Shown: positions 35,478 to 47,099 of the stretch, piece by piece | How positions within the stretch are numbered: position 1 is the stretch's first letter | How the letters are laid out: every line of letters begins with the position of its first letter | Assembly (NCBI GenBank): GCA_023920165.1 | Contig: CP089274.1 | Span: 868,001 to 932,000 of the forward strand | DNA from: Curvularia clavata | Lineage: Eukaryota | DNA length: 64,000 nt | Direction: 5' to 3' | The notes under the pieces: model-generated | Told to the model about the DNA's origin: nothing | The model's database searches: none | What the model saw: the letters and a program-made list of their open reading frames with translations, nothing else | Program-made: the position numbers and the translations under genes

Positions 35478-38400
35478 CTTGGGGTCTTCTGTTTGCTCGG
35501 TTGATGAGGCGCGTGCGGTGAAACACGAATCAGCGCCCTGACGTCAGGAGTGACTGCGCCTACCCAAAGGGAAAGGAAAAAGCACACGAGGAGAGTGTTT
35601 TTGGCCGCACCCAAGCTTGCGGCGAGAGGAGCCGGTGTTTATTAGGTAGCGGCGATGGCGATATGGCGGATCAGTGTGCTTGGCGCCCCGCTTGCAACGA
35701 TGTCGGCTGCAGCCCTGCGCTCACTCTGCACTGGCGTTCCACGGGAACTGCCTTCCACCTGCTTCCGGGCGATGGTCTGAGGTGATGTGAGGGGCGAGAG
35801 GGGGGCAATGATAAAAGCAATTAGTGATGCTAATAGCACACGGCCCGTCAGACGGAGCAGCGGAGGCGGCTTCTTCCACGACAACGGAGCAATGGCTCGA
35901 GAGGCTCGAAACACGCCGCGGCTAGAGGGTGCGAGTGAGGCTGGACGTGTGCTGGCGATTTGGAGGGGGATGCAGAGTCGCAGGCGCGGGTGGCAGTTCA
36001 GGGCCTTAATACCGTAGCGATGCGGTCCAGTCCCGCCCAGGGAACGCTAGAAAGAGTTACTACCAAGCACCACCAAAGAGAACGAGCAAGGGCTAGGCCA
36101 AGACGGGCCGGGTGGGCTGCTCGAGGCACTGATGCTTGCCACAATCGAGCGTAGTGCGCCTGTTCATGGCGTGCGAGGTTCGCATCGTGGGAGACGGGGG
36201 TGGCGCCAAATGCTGACTTACAGATGCAGTCCCTTGGTGTCGTAGCGAGTAGTAGTCGTCGAGGGCGGCAGCAGCAGCAGCGAGGGCGACGGTCAAGGGC
36301 AGAGGCAGGGTGTTGAATGCAGGTGGTATGTATGTAGGCGCAGGTCGCAGAGTCAGGCAGAGAGTCAGCGGCACAGGCAGGCAGAGGCAGCGGCTGTGTC
36401 TTGTACCAGCTCTCCGTGCTTGCCGTTGGCGGCGACGGCGCTAGAAATGCGAGAGCCGACGCCTGGGAACGACTTCTCCACCCCTCGACCGTCAATGACG
36501 AAAGGTCTCCTTGCAGCCCTCCGCTATGGCGTGTTACCACTGCCACTACCACCCCTAGCTCATAGTCGCCCTCTGCTAATGCCAGAAAACCGGAATTCCT
36601 CGTCGTTCGCAACGCTCGCCGCCATCGCAAAGCAAGCGCCGCTCAGCACTGCGGAGCCCTGCTCGCCTGCGGCCTACGCCTACTGCCTTGGGCCCTGTAT
36701 GCCGAGTATCCTGGACCTGGCCGTGCGAGCTGCTCTCTTCCTATCGCTACACTGCCGTCCCCTCCCACAATCAAATCCCTCGAGCCTGTGCATGCCGTCG
36801 AATCATCGGCAAACGTGGCGCGAGCATTGCAGGCTCCAGTCGGCCTGTGCATGATCGTCTCCGCTGCATCCACCTTGTTTGAACATCGCATTACAAGTAC
36901 ACGTCCTGGCCCACGTCTGGCCTAGAGTGTCTGCTTCAAGTCGACCAGAGTGCCACTGTTGTTGTTGTTGTGCGTTTCATCGCCTACAGGCGCCCGGCCT
37001 GTCCGATACGACGTTACGTCCAAATCATGACCTCAGCCAACGTCAAATCCCTCACTACAGCACCACCGGCTCAATCTTCGCCATAGCTAACTGCCCCCCG
37101 GCACCTGTAGGTGCCAGGATGCTACCAAGGCCCGGGCCAAAGCACACCGTTTCATCTGCAAGTGCCTTCCTTGCCTGAGCACGACTCTACTCTGCCTCTA
37201 GAGTACGCACTGCTAGCTAGTCGCTTACCACCATGTGTGTTTACACCTACCCTCGAGGTGGGGTTTGCATGCACATCAATGCATCACCAGCCGTTCCCCG
37301 CTCTGCATGTACGTACGTAGTAGCACCAAACACTGGCCTTGACTATCAGGCCAACCCGAGACAACCACAGATCGCGATCTCGCCTGTCCAAGCCAAGGAT
37401 CAAAAAACTGTTGAGCCTCTTCGTCTCCATCACCGTCGGCCAATTCTGACCCGCTCATCGACCATGCTCGCACGAGAAAATGGCGCCGGTTGCCGCGGAA
37501 CCATCTAGCAACCCCCCCACATTCCTCTCCTGACCATTATCGATAAATTGGCTGCGTTTCTCTTTGTCTATCGATAACTGTTCTTGTGGAGATGCGACTA
37601 ATTTCCACAGTTATTTCTGGAAATTGGAAGAAATTTGCAGCGAGTAGCGCACCCGCGCCGGCGATTTGCTGTTGTGGCGTTCGTACTCGACACAGCACAT
37701 CCTGGACCATCTTTGTCTGAGCCAGCCGCCACAAAAAAAGGACCCTGAAAAGCTGAAAGCAGAGAATTGTGTAGATCATCGCTTACTTCAACGTCCGAGT
37801 GCTCGTAACCCCGCGACGCATGTGTCGTAGGCTAATGCATACACGAATAAATGCATGCCAACGCGGTCGCCCTTTCACCCCTTTGGAAAACCCCTAATAC
37901 CAGCGCTCGACCCGTAACGACGTCGTGCCGTCTTCTTTTCAGAGGCCGTTCCCACCAGCAAACAACCGTCTGCCCTTTAGCGATACGACATGATTCGTGC
38001 TCTCATGACCCCCACCACGAAAACTTACTTGTACACCACTGCCTGTAGCGCCCAAGCTCTCGGGTTTTGAACGAGGCATAACGTCCGCAGATCTGCTAGC
38101 TGAATGCTAGATCGCACACCACCTTTTTTTTGCTTTCGCAATCGCAAAATCATGTCTAGCGGGGGGCCGCCTTGCCAGTTAGTGCATCGCTTGCAACCAC
38201 GGCGGTGTGAGGTACCGCATTACGGCGCAAACATGGCCCTGTAGACGAGGATTGCACCTGCATCGTGCCACAACGACTGGATCTCATATCTCCAGCACTG
38301 CTGCCGTTATCGTGGGATGACTCTTTGGGAAATAAGCATGCACTCAGTCAGTCAGATGATCCGGTGTCCAGGGCGCTAACCCCCGGAGCTGTCTCCCTGC

Positions 38401-38706
38401 CCGTATGTGGCCAGTGGTGTTGTAGTGATTATCGGATGTGATGGGCATTTGTTATTGCATGAAAGGACCCTTGGAGAATACCGTGGCGTGTCAGCGCAAG
38501 CAGGCAGGATAATGGCTTGTGCGCCTACGCCCATGTTGGGGTATGGTGTAGCGAGCGCGAGAATGGAATGATTGGGCACGTGGAAGGTGGCATGCAAGTC
38601 ATGATGGATTCCCTGGGGCTGAGACAGAAGGGAGTTCGGAACTTTCCGAGATCACCTCACTCACGGCATCTTCTTGCATTCAAGTACTGCGACGCTAAGT
38701 GCAGCC

Positions 38707-39528
38707 CTAGTAAATGTAAGGCAACAGCTTGTACGGCGTCCTCTGCTTAAACTCTTCCCACTGTGCGCCGTACCGCTTCTCGCAATACTCACTCAAAGCA
38801 GGGACACCACGCTGGCCAAAGTCCCAGATGAAGAAGGCCGCGACCAAAGCACCTAGCGTGTACCCCCCGCCGGCCATTGCATATCCCGCTCTCCACAGCG
38901 TATATCCTCCGTAGTTGATGTGCCGTGCCAAACTCCACAGGCCCCCCATATATACCTTACCCTTGTTCTTCGGATCGCTTTTGAACCACTTCCGTTGAAC
39001 CTCCGCGACAAGCTCCGTCACGATGCCAATCACGTACAGCGAGCTTCCTATAAGCAGCGCCGGTTGCGGGAAGTTTGCTTCCGTCGAAGCCGATGTTACC
39101 GTGGTGAGAAAGGCGTAGGAGCTGAGACTGTTGAAGACAGCATTGAATACTCCTACCGCAATCGCCGCGCCTACTGGCATCGGCTCGCCAGACAGTGCTG
39201 TCACCCATATGTTCTGTTTGACTGCCGCACCGACTGCCATACCAAACAAGACCAGACGATAAGGCGAAAGGCCTAGACCATCGATCAATGATATACCCGT
39301 ATGTGCCGGCAGGCCGCTCGGTAGCGTTCGTAACCCCACGCGATGCAGGACGGATGTGCCGAGACCATGCGCTAGGATCGAGTACTGGAGGGCAGGTTCA
39401 AGGCCGCGTAGGACGAAGAAGGCTAATCTTCCGGCCGGCGTAGGTGTATAGTCGCCACGCGCGATTAGATCCTTCTTCTTCGTCTCCTCCGACCGGGGGT
39501 CCTTGATGTTATCTCCTCGGTTCGGCAT
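38707..39528 (-). CDS. DUF1295 / steroid 5-alpha-reductase-like membrane protein
   Basis: 273-aa hydrophobic ORF; ELVAEVQRKWFK...GGLWSLARHINYGGY and RYGAQWEEFKQRTPYKLLPYIY. Confidence 0.82.
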   Translation of the reverse strand: MPNRGDNIKDPRSEETKKKDLIARGDYTPTPAGRLAFFVLRGLEPALQYSILAHGLGTSVLHRVGLRTLPSGLPAHTGISLIDGLGLSPYRLVLFGMAVGAAVKQNIWVTALSGEPMPVGAAIAVGVFNAVFNSLSSYAFLTTVTSASTEANFPQPALLIGSSLYVIGIVTELVAEVQRKWFKSDPKNKGKVYMGGLWSLARHINYGGYTLWRAGYAMAGGGYTLGALVAAFFIWDFGQRGVPALSEYCEKRYGAQWEEFKQRTPYKLLPYIY

Positions 39529-40372
39529 TGGGAGAGATCAGGACTGCAATTTGTCAGTATGGTCAAAGCCAGCGTTCCTGTGGAGCAGAGTTACGAGCCT
39601 AAAGCCTACGATGGTCAAAATTCTAAGCTTAACCTCCAGTCAGCGAGTGTTTTGACGATACACCTCTAGATGTGAACGTAGAATTCTTCTTGTCAGTTAG
39701 TGGGGAGCACAGCTCAATCACTGCAAAGATAAGTCAGGTCTTGGAGGTGCAAAGCTGACCGATTGCCAGTAACACCTGCAAAGCATCATGACGTATGTCT
39801 TTACTGGCGGACTTTGCGGGTCTCCACTCCCGCGCAGAGCTTGCAAACCCCCTACATTTCATACTGTTTTGTCCACTAACTTGTAGAGCATAGTAAGTGC
39901 ATGTGTATCAAAAACTCAATAGTAAGTTGTCGGAGCTGGAATAACTTCAGCCCATGCTGCGTTCATGCTCTGGCGCGCTGCCTGCTAGATCCCGTGATGC
40001 CCCACATTGGCGCGGTTTGTCGCATCAACACAACACGTGCGGACCCTCTCGTTTCTCTTAGACCTGTCGTATCAACCCAATATATATTGCTTTTCACACA
40101 AATTCAAATTTTTGGAATACATCAATTCTCTATCTTTTCGGCCAGGTCAAAGGCCAGGCTTGCATAATCAGTGTCCCCAACAGCGACACTTGCCCCGCTA
40201 TGTTGCGGATATTGAGGCGACCAAGAAGAGGGCGAGTACCGGACCGATCAATATCAGAATCCGAACCTTAAATTAAAAGCATATAATCATTATCTCTCGG
40301 AAATCCAGCCAGACCGCTCTCGAGGCAGCTATACCACTCTCACCGGATCTATCGACCGGCGAAGTACATATT

Positions 40373-42955
40373 ATGGCCCTAACTTTTAATTCCATCTGCA
40401 GCCTCCTACAAGACATTGAAAATGTATCCGCGAATCGACCGCGACCATTTTGCGAGGAAGAACAGAAGCGCATCCAGCAGATCATTTCGAGCTGGTTTCG
40501 AGAACACAGAGATGCGCTCAACGACCCAGCTACGGATGGTGGAGCTGTACTATCTATTTTGTTTCCCCATCGAAGGAGAGACCGTGTGTACGGTTTTTCA
40601 GCATATTCCCTTGCGAAGAAGCTCTCCCGTTTACTCGCCTTCAATCGTGGGCAACGCGCGATTTTTGAGAGCTGGGAAACAGGTACCCATGGCGACCTGG
40701 GCGTGTATACCGAACTCGCCATGAAGCCTTGGGATGGTACCTTCTCTAGCAAAAACTACATCACGATAGAAAGAATCAACTGCGTACTGATACAGTTGGC
40801 GGCCAGGCAAAGATTCTCCGACGAAAAAATCAGGAGAGAACGCGATTCGGGATGCCAGGTCGACACAGAACTGAGAGACATCTTTGTGAGGCTCGAGTCA
40901 TGGGAAGCCAAATGGCTCGTCCGCCTCCTGCAACGAAATCACTGTACCGTCGAGTTGAATGAAAGATTCGTGATGCAACACTACCACTTTCTACTACCGG
41001 ACTTGTTGGCGTTCCAGAACGACTTTGAAGCCGCCTTCGATGCACTTAGAGGAGTGCTTAGCTGTTATCCAGCCATTCCTAAGCCGTGGGAAGAGCAGTC
41101 CATGCGTGTTGAGGCAGTGAAAAAACTAAAGCCGAAAGTTGGTGTCAAGATTGGACGCCCACCCTTCTACAAGGCATGGTCATTCCAGAACTGTCTTCAC
41201 CTTGTCGGCAATAGCGCATGGGCCGCCGAAGTCAAGTACGATGGCGAATACTGTGAGATCCATGTCAATGTCGATCCGGAAAATGGAAATAGTAACATTC
41301 GAATCTTCTCCAAGAACGGCAAAGACGCAACGGCAGACCGTGAGTCTCTACGCAACACAATCCGCAACGCTCTCCACATCGGCCAACCAGACACTTTGGT
41401 CAGAAAAAACTGTATTGTTCTTGGCGAAATGGTGGTATACAATGACGATGACAAGAAGATCATGGATTTCTCGAAGATTCGCAATCATGTCAAACGCTCA
41501 GGGTTCTTCATGGGCACATTACGGGACTTTCCACCGGACAAGTGTGAACACCTCATGATTGTATTCTTCGACGTCTTGCTCTTGGACGACGAGCCCATTC
41601 TGCGTCATTCCCTCCAGGACCGCCGCAGAATCCTTCGCAAACTCATCCATGTAATACCCGGCCGGTCCATGCGCTCAGAGTGGACCCTGTTGGATTTTAA
41701 GACAGGGAATGGCTTAGGAGACCTTAAAGAGACATTTGCCCGGACCATTGCCGAACGCCAAGAAGGACTTGTGCTGAAGCCGTTGCATGCACCATATCTG
41801 CCTTTGCCAGACCAAGATCAACCAGGGTTCTTGGTTAAGGTGAAAAAGGACTATCTCGGCGACATGGGCGGTGAGCGGGATCTAGGCGACTTCGCTGTCG
41901 TTGGAGCTAGGTTCGATCCGCAGGTTGCAGCGAAGACCAATCTAAAGCCTTTACACTGGACGCACTTTTATCTCGGGTGTTGCACAAACAGGGATGCTGC
42001 ACTGCGAGCAGGGGTCAAACCAAGGTTCAAAGTCGTCGCCACATTGAGTCTCGACACGTCTATTTCACGCTCCGATGCGAGGTACCTGAATGTACAGGGT
42101 TATTTTCGCCAGGTTAAACTGCACCCGGATGGATCCACCGTTGGATTTGACGTGACAAACTTCAGGGACCACGATCGACGCATGACCGTTGCTTTCAAGA
42201 ACCCCTTGATCGTTGAAATCCTTGGCGGAGGGTTCGATACGCCACAAAATGCGACATTTGAGATGCTACGTCATCCGCGAGTGCAGAAGATCCACCTGGA
42301 TCGGACATGGGAAGATGCAGTCACGATGCAAGATCTTGAGCGCATGGCTGAAGAGAAATTTGCAGTACCCAATGCAAAAGAGCTCGATGGGCATGCAAAA
42401 GATATCGCTTTGTTGGTTAAGAAGTATCTAGATGGATCTCAAGTGACTATTATGTCAGATAATACCGCGAGGGAGACGATAGAGCATACTAGCCCTCCTT
42501 GCTCTCCGGAAACGCCGCATAGGCCACTGGTGAAGGAGACGTCTCACGTGACACCCAGCAGTTTGGGTGATAAGGAGGTACCACCAGATATCCATATAGA
42601 CTTGTCCAGCTCTGAAGATTCTGCTGATGAAAATATCCAAGGTAAAGGACTATGGGCATCCCGTGAATCGAGGTCGCCTCCACACAAGTTCACTTTACAG
42701 AGTTCAACTGCACAAACAACCACATCAACAGCACCAGAGACTGTCAGCTCAATTCTACCTATTCCTGACACTCAGTCTATTGTCTCGAAAAAACGTAGGA
42801 GATCAAGGGCTCTCGAGCCAATTAGTCCGCCACCAATCAAACGGAGGAAAACTCGTGATCCACTGAAAGTTTCGGATGGCAACCGACAACCGAGTCACTG
42901 TGACTGCGATTCGCAAAAGAAAAAAGTCGGTAGTGACACTGAAAACCATCTATAG
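40373..42955 (+). CDS. Atypical fungal ATP-dependent DNA ligase (DBD-adenylation-OB, no BRCT)
   Basis: Intronless 860-aa ORF. Nucleotidyltransferase motifs EVKYDGEY (I), GEMVVY (III), FFDVLL (IIIa), EGLVLK (IV), VKVKKDY (V) and LRHPRVQKIHLDR (VI). Confidence 0.85.
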   Translation: MALTFNSICSLLQDIENVSANRPRPFCEEEQKRIQQIISSWFREHRDALNDPATDGGAVLSILFPHRRRDRVYGFSAYSLAKKLSRLLAFNRGQRAIFESWETGTHGDLGVYTELAMKPWDGTFSSKNYITIERINCVLIQLAARQRFSDEKIRRERDSGCQVDTELRDIFVRLESWEAKWLVRLLQRNHCTVELNERFVMQHYHFLLPDLLAFQNDFEAAFDALRGVLSCYPAIPKPWEEQSMRVEAVKKLKPKVGVKIGRPPFYKAWSFQNCLHLVGNSAWAAEVKYDGEYCEIHVNVDPENGNSNIRIFSKNGKDATADRESLRNTIRNALHIGQPDTLVRKNCIVLGEMVVYNDDDKKIMDFSKIRNHVKRSGFFMGTLRDFPPDKCEHLMIVFFDVLLLDDEPILRHSLQDRRRILRKLIHVIPGRSMRSEWTLLDFKTGNGLGDLKETFARTIAERQEGLVLKPLHAPYLPLPDQDQPGFLVKVKKDYLGDMGGERDLGDFAVVGARFDPQVAAKTNLKPLHWTHFYLGCCTNRDAALRAGVKPRFKVVATLSLDTSISRSDARYLNVQGYFRQVKLHPDGSTVGFDVTNFRDHDRRMTVAFKNPLIVEILGGGFDTPQNATFEMLRHPRVQKIHLDRTWEDAVTMQDLERMAEEKFAVPNAKELDGHAKDIALLVKKYLDGSQVTIMSDNTARETIEHTSPPCSPETPHRPLVKETSHVTPSSLGDKEVPPDIHIDLSSSEDSADENIQGKGLWASRESRSPPHKFTLQSSTAQTTTSTAPETVSSILPIPDTQSIVSKKRRRSRALEPISPPPIKRRKTRDPLKVSDGNRQPSHCDCDSQKKKVGSDTENHL

Positions 42956-43455
42956 GAAGAATGGTATTTCTGAATTAGAATCCCATCATTAAATCTTGTG
43001 ACATTGCTGTGTTGTGTGTAAATGAACCATTTCTTTCTTTGCCATGTTCCACCGTCTTTAGGAAATATGGAAATGCCCTTAGTATCCCCCAAAATAACAC
43101 TTGCAGTTTTCACACTAGGTCAGACGGCTAGGTGCAGGTATGCGGAATGAGTAATCGCATCCAAGCACGCACTAGCGACGCGAGAGACGTTCCCCGCATC
43201 CAGCCTTTCCACGTAAACATTCTTTCAGAGACTTTAGCGGCGCACACGCTTACATGATGGTTAATCATCGCTTGAAATCCATTACGTTGGTTTGCTGCGG
43301 GTCTGCTTTTGGTAACACAACTCGCAGCCATGCCGTGCCTTGTGGGGATACCAAGACAGCCACAATAAGGCGGGCAGAGTATCGTAGACATAAAAGTCGG
43401 ACTACAGCACACAAGACAAGTAATTTCTGTACCTAAGCACTGTTTTTTTGACAAA

Positions 43456-44474
43456 ATGACAAAACTCATAACTGTTTTTGGCTCGACTGGTAATCAGGGT
43501 GGCTCTGTTGTACGAGCTATCCTCAACCACCCACAGCTGAGCAAAGAATGGAAGATACGTGGAGTTACACGGAGTCCGAACAAGCCTGATGCACAGGCTA
43601 TGGCAGCTCAAGGCGTTGAAATGGTTGCTGTAAGTGGTCCACTACCGTCGGACGAAATGATACTAAGATGATACTCCCAGGCGGATCTGAACAGCAAAGA
43701 CTCAATCCTCTCCGCCATCACTGGCTCTCACGCCGTCTTTGGCGTAACAAACGTACCATATTCCTCTATTTTCTTCTAAGATACCTTGTTTTTAACACAC
43801 TACAGTACTGGGAAAAAGCCTCCCTTGAACACGAAGTCCAACAAGGCCGGAACCTAACCACTGCCTGCCAGGAAGCCAAGATCTCGCACTTGATCTGGTC
43901 CTCCCTGCCCCACGTCTCCAAAATCACAGACGGAAAACTCCCAAACCTGCACCACTTCGACTCCAAAGCCATGGTCGAAGCCTACATCACCTCTGTCGGA
44001 CAACCCGCCTCCTTTGTGCTACCCGGCTACTTCATGGCGAACGTCCCCGGCTCCATCAAGCCGTCCTCTGACGACTCCAACACGTATACTCTGACGCAAA
44101 TGTTCCATCTCGACACGCAAATCCCGATGCTAGACGTCCCCGCTGATTTTGGCAAGTTTGTGGCTGCGTGTCTGGCAAAGCCTGAAGCTACAATGGGCAA
44201 GCACGTTTTAGCGGCGAGTGTGTGGGCTACGCCGCTGGATGTTTGCAGCGCGGTTGAGAAGGTGACGGGCAAGAAGTGTGTGTTTAACGAGATGAAGGAG
44301 TGGAAGGGGAGCCAGGAGTTGCTGGAGAATATGGATATGATTAAGCAGTGGATGTACTATGGGCCCGGGGCGAAGGAGGGCGTGGAGTGGAGTCAGGGGT
44401 TGGTGAGGGAGGTTGGGGGTATGGAGGGGTTTAGTGGATTTGATGGGTTTTTGAAGAGAATTGGGTTTGCGTGA
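43456..44474 (+). CDS. NmrA-like (HSCARG) atypical SDR
   Basis: TVFGSTGNQGGSV Rossmann motif. Introns about 43630-43680 and 43753-43805. GVTNYWE, HLIWSSL and HHFDSKA. Confidence 0.88.
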
Positions 44475-44960
44475 TGGGGGTGCAAAGGGGGGAATTGGAG
44501 TTGTCGATTGTAAGAGGGCCATGAAGTAGATATGAGACTAGTCCCGAAAACGAGCAGAGTGTTGGTACTTGTGTATCTATCTCGAGCATAGGTTTCTCGC
44601 TTTACTTAAACGTCGTCAAGTAAGACGTTGAAGAAAGCAAATGTCATCGAATCTGACCAGCTGGACACCCCAAGATCGACATTTCTGGAGTATCCAAAGC
44701 CACGTAAAACAGCCGCGCTTTTAGCACCGGTAGATGCCCACGCTGTCCGCTAGGTACCTCTTCGGTGACTATTACCCCGCCCATCGTCAGCCCCGCGGGA
44801 CTCCACACGCCGTGGAGAGCGCTTGCCTCTATTCAATCCTCAATTTTAAAAAGACTCCAACGATGTAGTGGAGCAGAATACTCTCCCATTACGAAACCAT
44901 TCTTTTTTGTTTCCTTTACATCCATTCCCTTGACACCAATTCAACAAGACACATACAAAT

Positions 44961-46711
44961 ATGGCATCCCACCCACATCTCCAGCAGTGCGGCACCACCA
45001 AGCAACTCATTGTGAATGGCAAGCCATTTCTAATGCTTGGCGGGGAGCTGCAAAACTCATCGCTTTCCTCAGCCGAGTACATGAGCGAGGTGTGGCCGAA
45101 GATGGTCGCGTCGAATGTAAATACGCTGCTGGGATCGGTCAGCTGGGAGATGATTGAGCCTGAAGAAGGAAAGTTTGAGTTTGAAGAGCTGGATAAGGTC
45201 ATTGCTGGGGCACGTGAGCACGGGTTGCATTTGATTTTGTTGTGGTTTGGGTCATTCAAGAATGGTACGTTTTTGTTGGCCCTTTCCCGTGACTTGGCTG
45301 CTGGTGAGGAGAGACGAATTTAGGTATTGACTTTTTGTGATTAGGACGGTCAACATATGTGCCTTCATGGGTCAAGACGAATCCAGCGCGGTTTCCGCGT
45401 GCTGAGCTGCGGAAGGCGGGGGGCGTGGTGGAGGTGGCGGATGTGTTGTCGCTGTTTTACGAAGAGAACGTTCAGGCGGATATCAAGGCGTTTCGGAAGT
45501 TGCTTTCACATATCAAGGAAGTCGATGAGAAGCATAGCACTGTGCTGATGGTCCAAGTGGAGAACGAGGTCGGCTTGCTGTTCGATAGTCGAGACGGAAG
45601 CGCGAAAGCCAACGAGGTATATACGCAGTCTGTACCTGCGGATCTCCTGAAATTTCTGGCTGAGGAGTATGATAGTCTGCATGCAGATCTCAAGGCTAAC
45701 CTCAAGACGTTTGTTGCGCGATCGAAACCGCAGTCTGGGACTTGGGAGGAAGTTTTTGGACAGAGCAACAGGACAGAGGAGCTTTTCATGGCATACCACT
45801 ATGCACGGTATGTGGACCGGGTGGCTGCAGCGGGCAGATCTGAGTACTCCATCCTGCTTTACACCAACGTCTGGCAGAACTACGCAGGCGAGGACGCCGA
45901 TGAAAATACACCCAACGTCGTCGGTGGAGGGGGCCAACCGGGAGATTATCCATCTGGAGGCGGTACCAGCACCGTTCTCGACATATGGCTACGCTTTGCA
46001 CCTAATTTGGACTTTATTGCACCGGATATTTATCTCAACGAGTACACTACCTCGTGTGCGAAGTATGTGCATGGTAGGAATATACTTTTCATCCCCGAAC
46101 AGCGCAGAGACGAGTATGGTGTCCGGCGTATCTGGATAGCTTACGGGACATTCCAAGCTCTTCTAGCCAGCCCATTCGGAATCGACACACTAGAGCCGGA
46201 AACTAATCCCTACACCAAGCACTACGGACTGCTATCACAAGTTTCTCAACTCGTGTTGGAAGCGCAGAAAACGCCCGGATCATCCGTAGGCTTCTGCTTC
46301 GACGAGATGTCTGGCGACAAGGATTCTTCAAAACCCATTAGACAGCGATTCGGGGAATGGGACATTACCATCGAGCGAGCATTCGTGTTTGGGAAACCTG
46401 GGCCGGGCAGTGGCATGGTAATTCATCGCGGCGGTGCACGCTTCTTACTTATCGGCTGGGGCTTCCAAGTTTCGGGTCAATCCACGAAACCTGGGACTAG
46501 GTTTAATGGCATCTTAAGTAATGAAGAGAAGGTGGTGGAAGATGTGTCGACGGGGAAACTGCGGACGCTGAGGACATTGGGGGGTGACGAGACAAGGAGC
46601 GGAGCTAACGCGGTGATGCCAAATGAAGATCCAGACTATGGGGATTTTCCCATCGCTATTACTATCCCTGCGCGGACGGGTATTGCGGAGGTGGAGTTTT
46701 ATGCTTTTTGA
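44961..46711 (+). CDS. Glycoside hydrolase family 35 (beta-galactosidase-like, DUF5597 C-terminus)
   Basis: QLIVNGKPFLMLGGELQNSS, WEMIEPEEGKF, LWFGSFKNG (intron from 45265), MVQVENE (acid/base), GDYPSGG, APDIY and FIPE (nucleophile). Confidence 0.88.
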
Positions 46712-47099
46712 ACTGCTAGATGGGGTTCTGGGCCTGGTGGACAGGCAGTGCGAGAATGTTGCGTCTGATACAAGTCTTAGATTCCGAACAAGATGACCAA
46801 AAGAGCCACACTGATCTGAACTTTTTAACGAACAATATTTTGGTTCAATCCAACATGTCCATGTCGAATACTTGACCAGTTGCAGGCGGTGGATGTGATA
46901 CTCACGCTAGTGTGGACCCTGGCACTCTGGTAAGGCTGAGCCCCGGCATCCGCGCGACAACTCCAGATACGTGTTAGGACCACCCAGCGTCGCATGTCCA
47001 CGAATCCGCCTGCAACGAGCCCGTCCTTCCCACTCACAAACACTCGCCCGTCTCTCCACACTATAATATCGGAGCCTCGCGCTCACCCACAAAAACAGC

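Noticed and set aside
22308..42955. RAD9 plus ligase as a DNA-repair gene cluster
   Set aside because: More than 13 kb apart with five unrelated genes between them.
30742..46711. Triterpenoid biosynthetic cluster around the oxidosqualene cyclase
   Set aside because: The cyclase has lanosterol-synthase signatures (GTNG, VSDC, NKSCMIS rather than the protostadienol-type APPGGMR). There are no P450s, acyltransferases or transporters, and the neighbours are housekeeping genes.
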